From an uncultured Thalassovita sp. (GTDB lineage: Bacteria; Bacteroidota; Bacteroidia; Cytophagales; Flammeovirgaceae), in contig CAKZMZ010000259.1 in the NCBI GenBank assembly GCA_937129345.1, positions 1-58,799 on the forward strand: DNA of 58,799 nucleotides, given 5' to 3'. Under the pieces are notes generated by a model that was not told where the DNA came from, ran no database searches, and saw only the letters and a list, made by a program, of their open reading frames with translations. The position numbers were made by a program, and so were the translations under genes. Of the stretch, positions 29,983-39,470 are shown one piece after another. The number at the start of each line of letters is the position of its first letter. The first letter of the stretch is position 1.

Positions 29983-30918
29983 ATGGAGTTAACCGAGGCC
30001 AAGAAGCAAAGAAAGTATTTGTTAGTAATAGCAGGACCGACAGCGGTTGGCAAAACAGCATTGAGCGTTAAAATTGCCCAACATTTTAATACAGTGGTAA
30101 TCAATGCAGATTCTAGGCAAATCTACAAAGAGCTACAAATCGGAACAGCAAAACCCACTTTAGCAGAAATGGAAGGCATTAAGCACTATTTTGTAGATTG
30201 CCTTTCGCTTTCTGAAGATTATAATGCAGGAAAATTCGAAAAGGATGCTTTGATGCTTTTAGAAAAATTATTTAAAAAGCATGATTTGGTCGTGCTCTCA
30301 GGAGGCTCAGGTATGTACATAGATGCGGTATGCCAAGGCTTGGACGATTTCCCCGAAGTGCCTGTCGAAGTAAGGGCTCAACTAGAAAAAGAGCTAAAAA
30401 CCCTTGGTTTGGAAGTATTGCAAAAAGAACTTGAGAAAAAAGACCCTGAGTATTATCAGCAAATAGATATTCACAATCCTAGACGCATTACGCGCGCTTT
30501 AGAAATCATAAGAAGTTCTGGCGAGAAATTTTCGACTCTGAGGAAAAAGCACTTAAAAGAAAGGCATTTTAAAATTGTGAAAATTGGCTTATACAGAGAG
30601 CGGGAAGCACTTTATCAGCGCATTAACAAAAGAATGGATCAGATGCTTTCTGAAGGGCTTTTAGACGAGGCAAAAAGCGTCGAAAGCTTTAAGCATACCA
30701 ACGCTTTACAGACCGTGGGCTACAAAGAAATTTATGGTTACTTAGCAGGAGAATACGACTGGGAAGAAACCGTGAGGCTTTTAAAAAGAAATACCCGTAG
30801 ATTTGCCAAAAGACAAATGACATGGTTCAGGAAAGACCAAGGTTATACGTGGTTTCATCCTGACCAAGAAAATGAGATTATTGAACATACAGAAACACAA
30901 ATTGGAAAAGACCATTAA
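29983..30918 (+). CDS. miaA: tRNA (adenosine(37)-N6)-dimethylallyltransferase
   Basis: GPTAVGKT P-loop, DSRQIY, IGTAKP, GGSGMY, TRRFAKRQMTWF; ATG at 29983 taken as start. Confidence 0.97.
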   Translation: MELTEAKKQRKYLLVIAGPTAVGKTALSVKIAQHFNTVVINADSRQIYKELQIGTAKPTLAEMEGIKHYFVDCLSLSEDYNAGKFEKDALMLLEKLFKKHDLVVLSGGSGMYIDAVCQGLDDFPEVPVEVRAQLEKELKTLGLEVLQKELEKKDPEYYQQIDIHNPRRITRALEIIRSSGEKFSTLRKKHLKERHFKIVKIGLYREREALYQRINKRMDQMLSEGLLDEAKSVESFKHTNALQTVGYKEIYGYLAGEYDWEETVRLLKRNTRRFAKRQMTWFRKDQGYTWFHPDQENEIIEHTETQIGKDH

Positions 30919-31825
30919 CATAGGAACGAGAGGTAGTAAGTTGGCCTTATGGCAAGCATACTATGTAGCAGATTTATTAAAAGAAGCAGGTTTAAAGGCC
31001 AACATTATAGAAATTGAAACAAAAGGCGATAAAATCTTAGATAGGAGCTTAGCTAAAGTTGGCAGTAAAGGTCTGTTTACCGAAGAGCTGGAAACCCAGT
31101 TGCTTGAAGGTAAAATCGATATGGCCGTGCACAGTGCCAAAGACTTGCCCTCTGATCTGGGAGAACATTTTAAAATCATTGCTTTTACAGAAAGAGAGCA
31201 GGTAAATGATGTAATTGTTTCGGATGATAAAAATTTAATGAAAAAGCCTAACCCTGTTTTGGGCACCTCTTCGGTTCGTAGAACAGCTTTATTTAAAAAA
31301 TACATGCCAAACGCTACCGTGGTAAACATGAGAGGAAACTTACAAACACGTATAAAAAAAATGCGCGACGGGCATTGCGATGGCTTGGTGTTGGCCTTTG
31401 CAGGAGTACACCGAATGGGCTATAATGATATGATTGTAAAACAGTTGCCTGTAGAAAAATATGTGCCGCCTGTAGGTCAAGGTAGCGTGGCAATAGAAGT
31501 AGCCGATACTTTAGATAAAGAAGTAGAGGCTGCTATAATCAAAGCTGTGAATCATACTGAGTCGGCGGCTTGTTTGAGTGCAGAGCGGGCTTTTTTAAAA
31601 AAATTACAGGGAGGTTGTAGCATTCCTGCCTTTGCACATGCACAATTAAACAACGGTAAAATACATATGCAAGGCGGCATTATAGATACCGATGGCGTAG
31701 CCTTTGTTGTAAGGGAAATGAGTGCGGGTGTAGAAGAATCCTCTCAACTTGGTACTCAACTAGCCCAAGAGATTTTGGAGAATGGTGGCGATAAAATACT
31801 GGCTAGATTAAAAGCGGAAGAATGA
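30902..31825 (+). CDS. hemC: Hydroxymethylbilane synthase (porphobilinogen deaminase)
   Basis: IGTRGSKLALWQA, KGLFTEEL, AVHSAKD, GTSSVRR, RGNLQTR, GGCS; probable TTG start at 30902 overlapping the miaA stop. Confidence 0.96.
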   Translation: MEKTINIGTRGSKLALWQAYYVADLLKEAGLKANIIEIETKGDKILDRSLAKVGSKGLFTEELETQLLEGKIDMAVHSAKDLPSDLGEHFKIIAFTEREQVNDVIVSDDKNLMKKPNPVLGTSSVRRTALFKKYMPNATVVNMRGNLQTRIKKMRDGHCDGLVLAFAGVHRMGYNDMIVKQLPVEKYVPPVGQGSVAIEVADTLDKEVEAAIIKAVNHTESAACLSAERAFLKKLQGGCSIPAFAHAQLNNGKIHMQGGIIDTDGVAFVVREMSAGVEESSQLGTQLAQEILENGGDKILARLKAEE

Positions 31826-31911
31826 AATAATTTTAGTATTTTGTTTACCTTTTCTCAAAAAGAATAATAAAAACTTGAAATTATATAGAGATAAATTTAA
31901 TCAAATCACTT

Positions 31912-32637
31912 ATGAAGAAGCTATTCTTATTATCGGCCATATCTTTACTCACCACAATTGGACTTTTTGCACAAAATTGCAATCCGTTTTTCAACTATAC
32001 CGAGGGCACTGTAGTAGAACACACCAACTACAACGCTAAGGGTAAAGATCAATCGAAACAGCGCATGCAAATCAAATCTGTTAACCAAACTGCGAGTGGA
32101 GTAGAAATGATGGCAGATGTTACCTTATTCGATAAAAAAGATAAGGAGGTTTTTAACAATGAAATTCAAATGCTTTGCGAAAATGGTGTTTTTAAAATGG
32201 ACATGAGCCGTTTTATGCCACCAATGGCCCAGGCAGGCGGTGCAGGTGAAATGGAAGTGGTTTTTGAGGGAGATGACCTAGAGGTGCCTCAAAATCTATC
32301 TGTAGGAGAAACGCTTAAAGATGCGATATTTACAGTAAAAATAGAGTCGGACAATCCGGCAATGTCTGCTGTTATGGGTGGAGGAACAGAAACCTCGGTA
32401 TACAACCGCAAAGTTGTAGGAAAAGAAACCATTACCACTCCTGCAGGTTCTTTTGAGTGTTACAAACTAACTTATGATACCAAGATAGAAACCAAGATAA
32501 TGGGTATAAAAAAAGTATTTGAAAGCTCATCTGTAGAATGGTTAAGCGAGGGTGCCGGAGTTGTTAAAGTTGAGAATTACAACCAAAAAGGAAAATTGGA
32601 AAGCTATATGGAGTTAACCGCCTTTCAGAATCAGTAA
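31912..32637 (+). CDS. Secreted hypothetical protein (DUF3108/TapB-like beta fold)
   Basis: Signal peptide LFA-Q; ETITTPAGSFECYK...EWLSEGAGVVK motif. Confidence 0.75.
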   Translation: MKKLFLLSAISLLTTIGLFAQNCNPFFNYTEGTVVEHTNYNAKGKDQSKQRMQIKSVNQTASGVEMMADVTLFDKKDKEVFNNEIQMLCENGVFKMDMSRFMPPMAQAGGAGEMEVVFEGDDLEVPQNLSVGETLKDAIFTVKIESDNPAMSAVMGGGTETSVYNRKVVGKETITTPAGSFECYKLTYDTKIETKIMGIKKVFESSSVEWLSEGAGVVKVENYNQKGKLESYMELTAFQNQ

Positions 32638-32671
32638 AATTCATGTAACATTAAAGTAGAAATATATCATC

Positions 32672-32702
32672 GGGTTGCTTATAAAAAGGCAGCCCTTTTT
32701 TT
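32672..32702 (+). terminator. Intrinsic terminator
   Basis: GGGTTGCTT-ataaa-AAGGCAGCCC followed by T7. Confidence 0.7.
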
Positions 32703-32881
32703 GTGCCGTTCGTCAAAAATATTCTTTGCCTAAATTATTCTATCTGTAAATTTGTTGGGATTTCTAAGGTTAGTTTGATAGCATATTAAAATAAAGATAT
32801 GGCCTAGAGTTCTGCTAAGCTTTTCCCTTAATTTCAATGTTGTCAAAAAACCGTTAATAAAAATCTTTCTTTGTTGATTAG

Positions 32882-35512
32882 ATGCACTTAAAAGGCTGTT
32901 CCCATTTTTCGCTAATTGTACCGATATGCTGTTGCCTGTTCATGTGGGTACAGCAAGTAGCAGCGCAGCCTTTTTTAGATAAAACATCCTCTGTTGCTTT
33001 TGAAAATAATACTTTCTCTGAGGCACTTACTAAGGTTGAAAATGCCTACCAAGTCTCTTTTGTGTATAGCAGCGATGTGTTGCCAGAAAAACAACTAACA
33101 GGTAAGTACGAGAAGAAAACGCTAAAAGCACTTTTAAATGAAATATGTTCGGGCAATAATTTAGATTGGAAAGTGAGAGGCAGTTCCATTGTATTGGTAA
33201 GAGAAAAATATACTGCCACGCTCAATGGTAAAATTATAGATGCAGAAAACGGCGAAGAACTGATAGGAGTAAACTTATTGATTTTGGATAAGTCTACAGG
33301 AGTCACGACAAATCTGTATGGCTTTTATTCACTTACCCTACCAAAAGGAGTTTACTCTATAAAACTCAGTTATATAGGCTATAGACCTAAGGATATTGAG
33401 GTAGATTTGTACCAAGACCGGCGGCTAGACTTTAAATTGGAACCTGTCGATTTACAGCTTAATGAGGTAGTAGTGGAAGGTAAGCAAGAGAAAGAAGACA
33501 TTAATGTAAGTGGTTTAAAAACTGGTAATTTTTCTCTAACAAAAGATATTGCCCAGCAAATGCCCTCTTTTTTTGGTGACACAGATCCGGTAAGGGCTCT
33601 ACAGCTTTTACCAGGCGTACAGTCAGGTGCTGAGGGCTCTACAGGGCTTTTTGTTAGAGGGGGCGGTGCTGACCAAAATCTCATTTTAATAGATGAGGCC
33701 CCAGTTTTAAACCCTTCTCATTTCTTCAACCTTTTTTCCATTTTTAATACAGATTTGCTAAAGGAAATTGAGTTTGCCAAAGGTACCATGCCGGCTAAAT
33801 ATGGTAATAGACTCTCCAGTGTATTGGATGTACGCTTGCGGGAAGGCAACTTTCAAGAGTTCGATTTTTCGGGAAGTGTGGGCAGCTTGTCAACCAAGCT
33901 AACATTAGAAGGGCCTCTAAAAAAAGGGAAGACTTCTTTTATAATGAGTGGTAGGCGCACTTATGCAGATTTGCTGGTGAAATCCATTCCAAACAATTCA
34001 CTTAGTGCCAATGCGCTGTACTTTTATGATTTCAACATCAAGCTAGATACCAGATTATCTCCCAAAAACAGCTTGTCATTTTCAGGCTATTTAGGCAGGG
34101 ATCGCTTTGGTTTTAGGGACATTTACAACGTTAATTGGGGAAACCAAACGCTATCTGTAAGGTGGAACAGCATTCTTTCAAAAAATCTGTTTTTAAATAG
34201 TACGGCTTACGGCAGCTATTTTAGAACACGGTCCGGAGTTTCTTTACAAGAAGAATTTGCTTACAGCAGCAGGTACAATGTGCGGCAATATGGCCTCAAA
34301 CAAAACCTCACTTGGTACATTGATCCCACACATCAGTTTGAAATGGGCTATGACATAAACCGCCAAAGATTTTTCTTTGGAGAGATACAACCATTAGATG
34401 AAAACTCGATTGTGTCTTTAAGAAGAATCGCCCCTTCTTACACGAGAGAATTGGCCGCTTATATTAGCTATCAGCAAGAAATCGCCAAAAAATTAGCTTT
34501 GAACATTGGATTGCGTTATGCGCAGTATGATAATACAGGCCCTGGTCTACAATATCTTTATGATACTGAGCGCGTTGTTTCTCCAAGTACATCTGTAGAA
34601 AACATTGTCGATACCATTAGATATGAAAGAGGCGAGCGTTTCAATACTTTTTTAGGACTTGAGCCAAGAATAACCTTAAGATATTTGCTTGGTGCCAATA
34701 GTTCATTCAAATTGGCTTACCACAGAAATCGCCAATACATTAATTTGTTGTCTAATACCAATGTGCCAAGCCCTGTAGATATGTGGGCTCCTGTAAATTC
34801 TTACATCGAGCCACAAATCGGAGATCAATATTCTCTTGGCTTTTTTAAAAACCTGAATGACAACATGTATGAGCTATCTGTGGAGGCATATTACAGGTTT
34901 ATGAGAAACCAAATAGATTTTAAGCCGCTTGCCAATTTGCTGCTTAATGATCATTTAGAAACGGAGATTTTAAGCGGCAGCACACAGGCCTATGGTGCAG
35001 AGTTTTTTTTCAGGAAAAGAAAAGGAAGGTTTAAGGGGTGGTTGTCATACACATTATCTGAAGCAGTGAGCGACATACCTGGCATCAACAACAATCAGCC
35101 TTATCCAACCTCTTATGATAGGAGGCACAATCTTTCAATAGTAAGCAGTTACAAGGTAAATAGGTATTTGGAGATTTCTGCCAATTGGATGTTTGCTTCA
35201 GGCTTGGCTTACAGTTTTCCTGTTGGCAAATATGAGAAAGACCAATTTATTGTACCTTATTACACCAGCAGAAATGGTTTTAGGTTGCCACCGGTACACC
35301 GTTTGGATGTTTCTGCAACATTTTACAGAAAGATGAGTGTAAATAAGAAAAATGAAAGCAGTTTCAATTTTTCTATTTATAATGTGTACAACAGAAAAAA
35401 TACATATGCCTATGTTTTTAGACAAAGCCGCGAGGATCGCTCCAAAACTGAGGCGGTAAAGTTGTACTTATTTACCATTATCCCTTCGTTTACCTATAAT
35501 TTTAAATTTTGA
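32882..35512 (+). CDS. TonB-dependent receptor with N-terminal STN-like and carboxypeptidase-regulatory-like domains
   Basis: YQVSFVYS...LKALL STN-like region; GKIIDAENGEELIG; LQLLPGV...VRGGGADQNLILID plug; C-terminal PSFTYNFKF. Confidence 0.93.
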   Translation: MHLKGCSHFSLIVPICCCLFMWVQQVAAQPFLDKTSSVAFENNTFSEALTKVENAYQVSFVYSSDVLPEKQLTGKYEKKTLKALLNEICSGNNLDWKVRGSSIVLVREKYTATLNGKIIDAENGEELIGVNLLILDKSTGVTTNLYGFYSLTLPKGVYSIKLSYIGYRPKDIEVDLYQDRRLDFKLEPVDLQLNEVVVEGKQEKEDINVSGLKTGNFSLTKDIAQQMPSFFGDTDPVRALQLLPGVQSGAEGSTGLFVRGGGADQNLILIDEAPVLNPSHFFNLFSIFNTDLLKEIEFAKGTMPAKYGNRLSSVLDVRLREGNFQEFDFSGSVGSLSTKLTLEGPLKKGKTSFIMSGRRTYADLLVKSIPNNSLSANALYFYDFNIKLDTRLSPKNSLSFSGYLGRDRFGFRDIYNVNWGNQTLSVRWNSILSKNLFLNSTAYGSYFRTRSGVSLQEEFAYSSRYNVRQYGLKQNLTWYIDPTHQFEMGYDINRQRFFFGEIQPLDENSIVSLRRIAPSYTRELAAYISYQQEIAKKLALNIGLRYAQYDNTGPGLQYLYDTERVVSPSTSVENIVDTIRYERGERFNTFLGLEPRITLRYLLGANSSFKLAYHRNRQYINLLSNTNVPSPVDMWAPVNSYIEPQIGDQYSLGFFKNLNDNMYELSVEAYYRFMRNQIDFKPLANLLLNDHLETEILSGSTQAYGAEFFFRKRKGRFKGWLSYTLSEAVSDIPGINNNQPYPTSYDRRHNLSIVSSYKVNRYLEISANWMFASGLAYSFPVGKYEKDQFIVPYYTSRNGFRLPPVHRLDVSATFYRKMSVNKKNESSFNFSIYNVYNRKNTYAYVFRQSREDRSKTEAVKLYLFTIIPSFTYNFKF

Positions 35513-35549
35513 TTTAAAGGATAATGCTATACTGGCAGTATAGCAATGA

Positions 35550-35921
35550 TTACTTAGTTAGAACTGGAGATTTTCTGCTATTGACTTTTTCAAGTAAAAC
35601 ATCCGTTCGTTTTTTTAGAGTGGTAAGCTTTTGGGTTTTGGGTTTAAAGGTGTTGGAAACTACTTTTTGCTTTTGTATTTCTAGAATATCTTCGAGCGCA
35701 GTCACATAATTTTCCGTCCTTTTTATGGCATTGTTTGTTACAATGTAGCTTCTCTTTTGTAATTCATCCAAAACTGAGGTTTCTTTTAAAGAAAGCTGTG
35801 CGCTTACTTTTCTCAAACCTCTCAAGATTTCTACATGATTTTTTTTGTACTGATTGTTTTGGCGTATCAAGTAAGCCATGTAAGCGGTAAATGGAATAAT
35901 GATGACCAAAAAATAAAGCAT
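35550..35921 (-). CDS. Hypothetical protein with N-terminal TM helix
   Basis: Hydrophobic N-terminus followed by a basic coiled-coil-like region; no family recognised. Confidence 0.6.
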   Translation of the reverse strand: MLYFLVIIIPFTAYMAYLIRQNNQYKKNHVEILRGLRKVSAQLSLKETSVLDELQKRSYIVTNNAIKRTENYVTALEDILEIQKQKVVSNTFKPKTQKLTTLKKRTDVLLEKVNSRKSPVLTK

Positions 35922-36015
35922 AAAAAATTACGGTTGTTACAATGCAAAAAAACGAAAAAAAGAGACTTGTTTACATAAATTTAACAATTATGTAACAAAT
36001 TAAAAAGTAAAAATA

Positions 36016-36789
36016 TTAGGCAGCTGATAGACTCAACTGCCTTTTCTCTTCTGTTGCGATGCGCATGTACGCAATTTGTATTACAATTGGTATCATCATT
36101 CTGTAGTCTGGCTTTGCCAAATCGTTTAGGATCCAAGTAGTGGTGAGGGCTACTCCGAAGGGTCCTGTAAATAAGGCAATGGTTTTGCCCCAGAAAAATT
36201 TATGGGCGCCAATCTTTAAACCTTTTAATAGGCTAAACTTCATGGTTTTGCTTATGGCCAATTTGGCAATTGAGCTGGCCAACAATACACCAATTACCCT
36301 TGGTTTAATTTTCTCACGCCTTATTATTTTCTTAATGTCTTTGCTCAGGGTTTGCCTAGTGTAATCATGCGGATTTATTTTGAGCTCTTTCATAAAACTT
36401 TGTAGTTCTTGGGAAGGCATCTTTTTCATAGATTCCATTAAAACCTTGGATAATAGCATGATTTCTAGCTTCTCTGTAGACTTTTCGCTGGCGTATTCTA
36501 TTCCGGATTTTTTACAAACCCTTTCTAGCATACTGCGGTAAGGCACGCCATTGCCAGTAATGAAGTTGGCAAAAAAGTGTCCTCCAAAATACTGTATTTC
36601 TGCGGCTATTAGGTTCCAATATTTCTTGTGATCAGGAAAATATTTGTCTACCCTTTCGTATTGCATTAAGCGAGAGTTGAACCGCTTTTTTCCATTAGGT
36701 AGTTTAGTGAGGTAGTTTACCAATACATCTAGCTCTTCTTGCTCACTATGCTGCAAAAAGGCCAAATCAGGATCTGTGATATAGGGCAT
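36016..36789 (-). CDS. YaaW/UPF0174 (DUF3944) family protein
   Basis: DPDLAFLQH...LIAAEIQYFGG..FAN...G.GVPYR...E.E..LL...GPFG...YRMMIP.V.QIAYMR matches remembered YaaW-family motifs. Confidence 0.85.
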   Translation of the reverse strand: MPYITDPDLAFLQHSEQEELDVLVNYLTKLPNGKKRFNSRLMQYERVDKYFPDHKKYWNLIAAEIQYFGGHFFANFITGNGVPYRSMLERVCKKSGIEYASEKSTEKLEIMLLSKVLMESMKKMPSQELQSFMKELKINPHDYTRQTLSKDIKKIIRREKIKPRVIGVLLASSIAKLAISKTMKFSLLKGLKIGAHKFFWGKTIALFTGPFGVALTTTWILNDLAKPDYRMMIPIVIQIAYMRIATEEKRQLSLSAA

Positions 36790-36944
36790 CGTTGTTTGTT
36801 TAGTTTATTTAAATGTTAGGTTTGGTTTAATTGCCCTTAAAAAGTAATCAGGTTAGTCATGAAAATTGTACGAAATCTACCCACAAATGATTTGTAAAAG
36901 CATCTTAAGAGCGCACAGATTCTTATGCGTGTAATAAAAGTGAT

Positions 36945-37547
36945 TTATTCGCTAGTTTTTATACAGATATTTTAAGGCTCAGTAAAGAAATCTAGTGCAT
37001 ATATTCCAACCTCTCACCTATACCTGGTTTTTTTATACCACCGAATGGAGTTCTCAAATCCCTTTCCGTACAGCAGCTTAGCAGAAAATTGATGTGCTTG
37101 GTTTACATTGTTGGTCTATACGTTAGCAGCCAAGCCACATTGCGAATGATTGGCGATTTGAAAGGCATCTGTTTCACTTTCAAAGGGAATGACATAATCG
37201 ACAGTAGCAAAAAATTCTATGTGGCCAGTGCTCTTGGGGATATCTAATGTTTTTGATAAATGAATGTGCTTGCCCGTATTGCTTGGTTTCTATCAACTCT
37301 AAAGCCACGGCATTGTCTTTTATTAAGGCTGCAATCTTGAGCGGTATTTGAAACGTTCTTTTGCAGCCGAGCTACTCTAAGCCCCGAAAATACTCTGAGC
37401 ACCTACCACAGCTTTGGCAACGTCTCGTCCTGTAGAGCGTGGTATTTGGGCGCATACCTCGCTTGTAGCATAGTTTACGTTCTGGATCTGCTTTCTATTT
37501 TTAGGAAGCCTCAATTCCCTATTTATGTAATTGCTGATCTCTTCCAT
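36945..37547 (-). pseudogene. Aldehyde dehydrogenase pseudogene (2-aminomuconate/2-hydroxymuconate semialdehyde dehydrogenase-like), internally deleted
   Basis: Manual translation: MEEISNYINREL...ATSEVCAQIPRSTGRDVAKAV..A*S..ER..KIAALI..E...TGK...LDIPR..EFFAT, joined to VIPFESETDAFQIANHSQCGLAANV*T..AHQF...RDLRTPFGGIKKPGIG..ALDFFTEP*NICIK; three stops and several frameshifts. Confidence 0.88.
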
Positions 37548-37754
37548 ATTATGTTGGCCTTATCGGTGCCTTTTCTTTGTGGAATATACTGTATTCTTTC
37601 TCAAAAACATACTTCCCCGTAATTAATGGTTTCTCTGAGGCAGCTCTGTGTCATAAAAGGTGATTTACATTCGTTAACACAGCGCAATCAAGTATCAAAA
37701 TGCTGCTCCTCCACACTTGGGGGATAGACACGATTTATAATTTAAGAACAAACT

Positions 37755-39299
37755 ATGAAACTGAATTACACGATTTCTTTATTGTTTTTGATGGTTTCCC
37801 TAGTGTTTAAGGCACTGGGCCAAGAGGAAGATTATGCTTCTAAGTACTTTGATGAAGCATCAGAGCAGGAAGCTCCTGCCAACGCTGAGATGCCCACAAG
37901 CATGGACGCTTCTTTTTTAGCCAATGCTTTTTTTAGTGGTAATGATAGCTCAAGCATGTTCTCTAGTGCTTTTGGATTTACTCAAATAGGCGACCAGCAA
38001 TATGTAGGCATGAGGCTGCAACCAGAACTCGCATTTGGCAAGTTAGGCCTAGGCTTAGACATTCCACTTTTATTTAACATAGAAGATGGCTCTCTAAGAA
38101 CTGAGGAGTTTGAAAGGGGAGTGGGCGCCTTGCGTTTGATACGTTACTTGCGCTATGGTGTAAAAAAGAGAGATCCTTTTTACATTAGAATGGGCGACAT
38201 TACAGGTGCTTATTTGGGGTATGGCATCTTAATGAACAATTACACCAATGCGGTTAGCTTTGAGCGCCGTAAGCTAGGTTTGAACTTTGATGTAAGAATA
38301 GCCGGAATTTTCGGGGTAGAAGGCATTTACAGTGATGTAAATGTAAGTTCACTCAATTTACTTGGTATTAGGCCCTATGTGAGGCCATTTGCAAAAACGC
38401 CTATCCCTGTAGTGAGGTCTTTAGAATTTGGAGGAAGTTATGTAACAGACAGAGATCAAACCTCGCAAGTAGAGTTAACAGATGAAGAAACCATAGTTCG
38501 CAATAAAACGGTATTTTTTGATCAGGGCATGAGTGCTTGGAGTGCTGATATGGGCGTAACTTTCTTGAAAATTCCTTTTATTACCGTAATGGGCGCGGTG
38601 CAATACGCTAAGTTACTGCGCAACAATTCCGATAGTTTGGCTACCTATTTTGATACGCAAATAACGAGTGGTGCGGCAGATGGCACCCCTTTGGCAGATG
38701 GCTACCAACAAGGCGATGGTTTGAGCATCGGTATCAATGCTAAGATGAATTTTATAGGTAATTTATTGAATGTAGATGCGCGAATCGATAGACTTTGGTA
38801 CTCTGATCACTTTTTACCTCAATTCTTTGATGCCAGCTACGAAATGAACAAAGATTTGAGAATGATTTCTCTGGGCACTGCTGAAAAAATGCAAGGAATT
38901 TACGGCGTACTCTCAGCTACAGCCTTAGACAAAGTACGGGTTAGTGGCAGTCTATTGATGCCTGATGAAGTGAGCGAAGAAAGCCCTGCAATGCTACAAC
39001 TCAATGCCGAATTGATCAATATGTTCGATCATTTAACACTAACGGCTTCTTATATAAAAACAGGCTTGGTCAATCTTGAAGACATTACCACTTTAGATGA
39101 TCGCTCTTTGGCGAGAGTTAGAGGCACTTACCAAATCAACAAATTTTTGATGATTGGGGCAGATTACCGTTGGACCTATTCTCTGCAAGAAAGTGGCGAT
39201 TTTAAGGCAGATCACTTTTTTATGCCTTACTTCGGGCTAAACTTTCCATTAGGAAAAAACAAGACCTATGAGTCTAAAGAAATAAGATTGGAAGAATAA
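37755..39299 (+). CDS. Hypothetical secreted protein, probable outer-membrane beta-barrel
   Basis: Signal peptide ALG-Q; PELAFGKLGLGLD, IRYLRYG, YIRMGDI..AYLGYGILMNNY motifs; alternating beta-strands up to YFGLNF. Confidence 0.75.
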   Translation: MKLNYTISLLFLMVSLVFKALGQEEDYASKYFDEASEQEAPANAEMPTSMDASFLANAFFSGNDSSSMFSSAFGFTQIGDQQYVGMRLQPELAFGKLGLGLDIPLLFNIEDGSLRTEEFERGVGALRLIRYLRYGVKKRDPFYIRMGDITGAYLGYGILMNNYTNAVSFERRKLGLNFDVRIAGIFGVEGIYSDVNVSSLNLLGIRPYVRPFAKTPIPVVRSLEFGGSYVTDRDQTSQVELTDEETIVRNKTVFFDQGMSAWSADMGVTFLKIPFITVMGAVQYAKLLRNNSDSLATYFDTQITSGAADGTPLADGYQQGDGLSIGINAKMNFIGNLLNVDARIDRLWYSDHFLPQFFDASYEMNKDLRMISLGTAEKMQGIYGVLSATALDKVRVSGSLLMPDEVSEESPAMLQLNAELINMFDHLTLTASYIKTGLVNLEDITTLDDRSLARVRGTYQINKFLMIGADYRWTYSLQESGDFKADHFFMPYFGLNFPLGKNKTYESKEIRLEE

Positions 39300-39322
39300 A
39301 AAAAGAACATTCTCAACAGAAG

Positions 39323-39350
39323 AAAGCTGGCAGTTTTGTCAGCTTTTTTT
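39323..39350 (+). terminator. Intrinsic terminator
   Basis: AAAGCTGGCA-gttt-TGTCAGCTTTTTTT. Confidence 0.8.
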
Positions 39351-39470
39351 ATTTCAATAGAGTGCGCCCAATCATCACAACTTCTTCAAAAAAAAATAAA
39401 AAATCCTCTCATACATAGTTTATTTCGTAAGCCTCATCTAATTTTGATGCAAATATCATAATTTTTTAAA

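Noticed and set aside
36140-36364. Antisense ORF inside the yaaW homolog, reminiscent of E. coli htgA/yaaW
   Set aside because: Short, GTG-started and in codon register with the sense gene like many shadow ORFs here; no independent support
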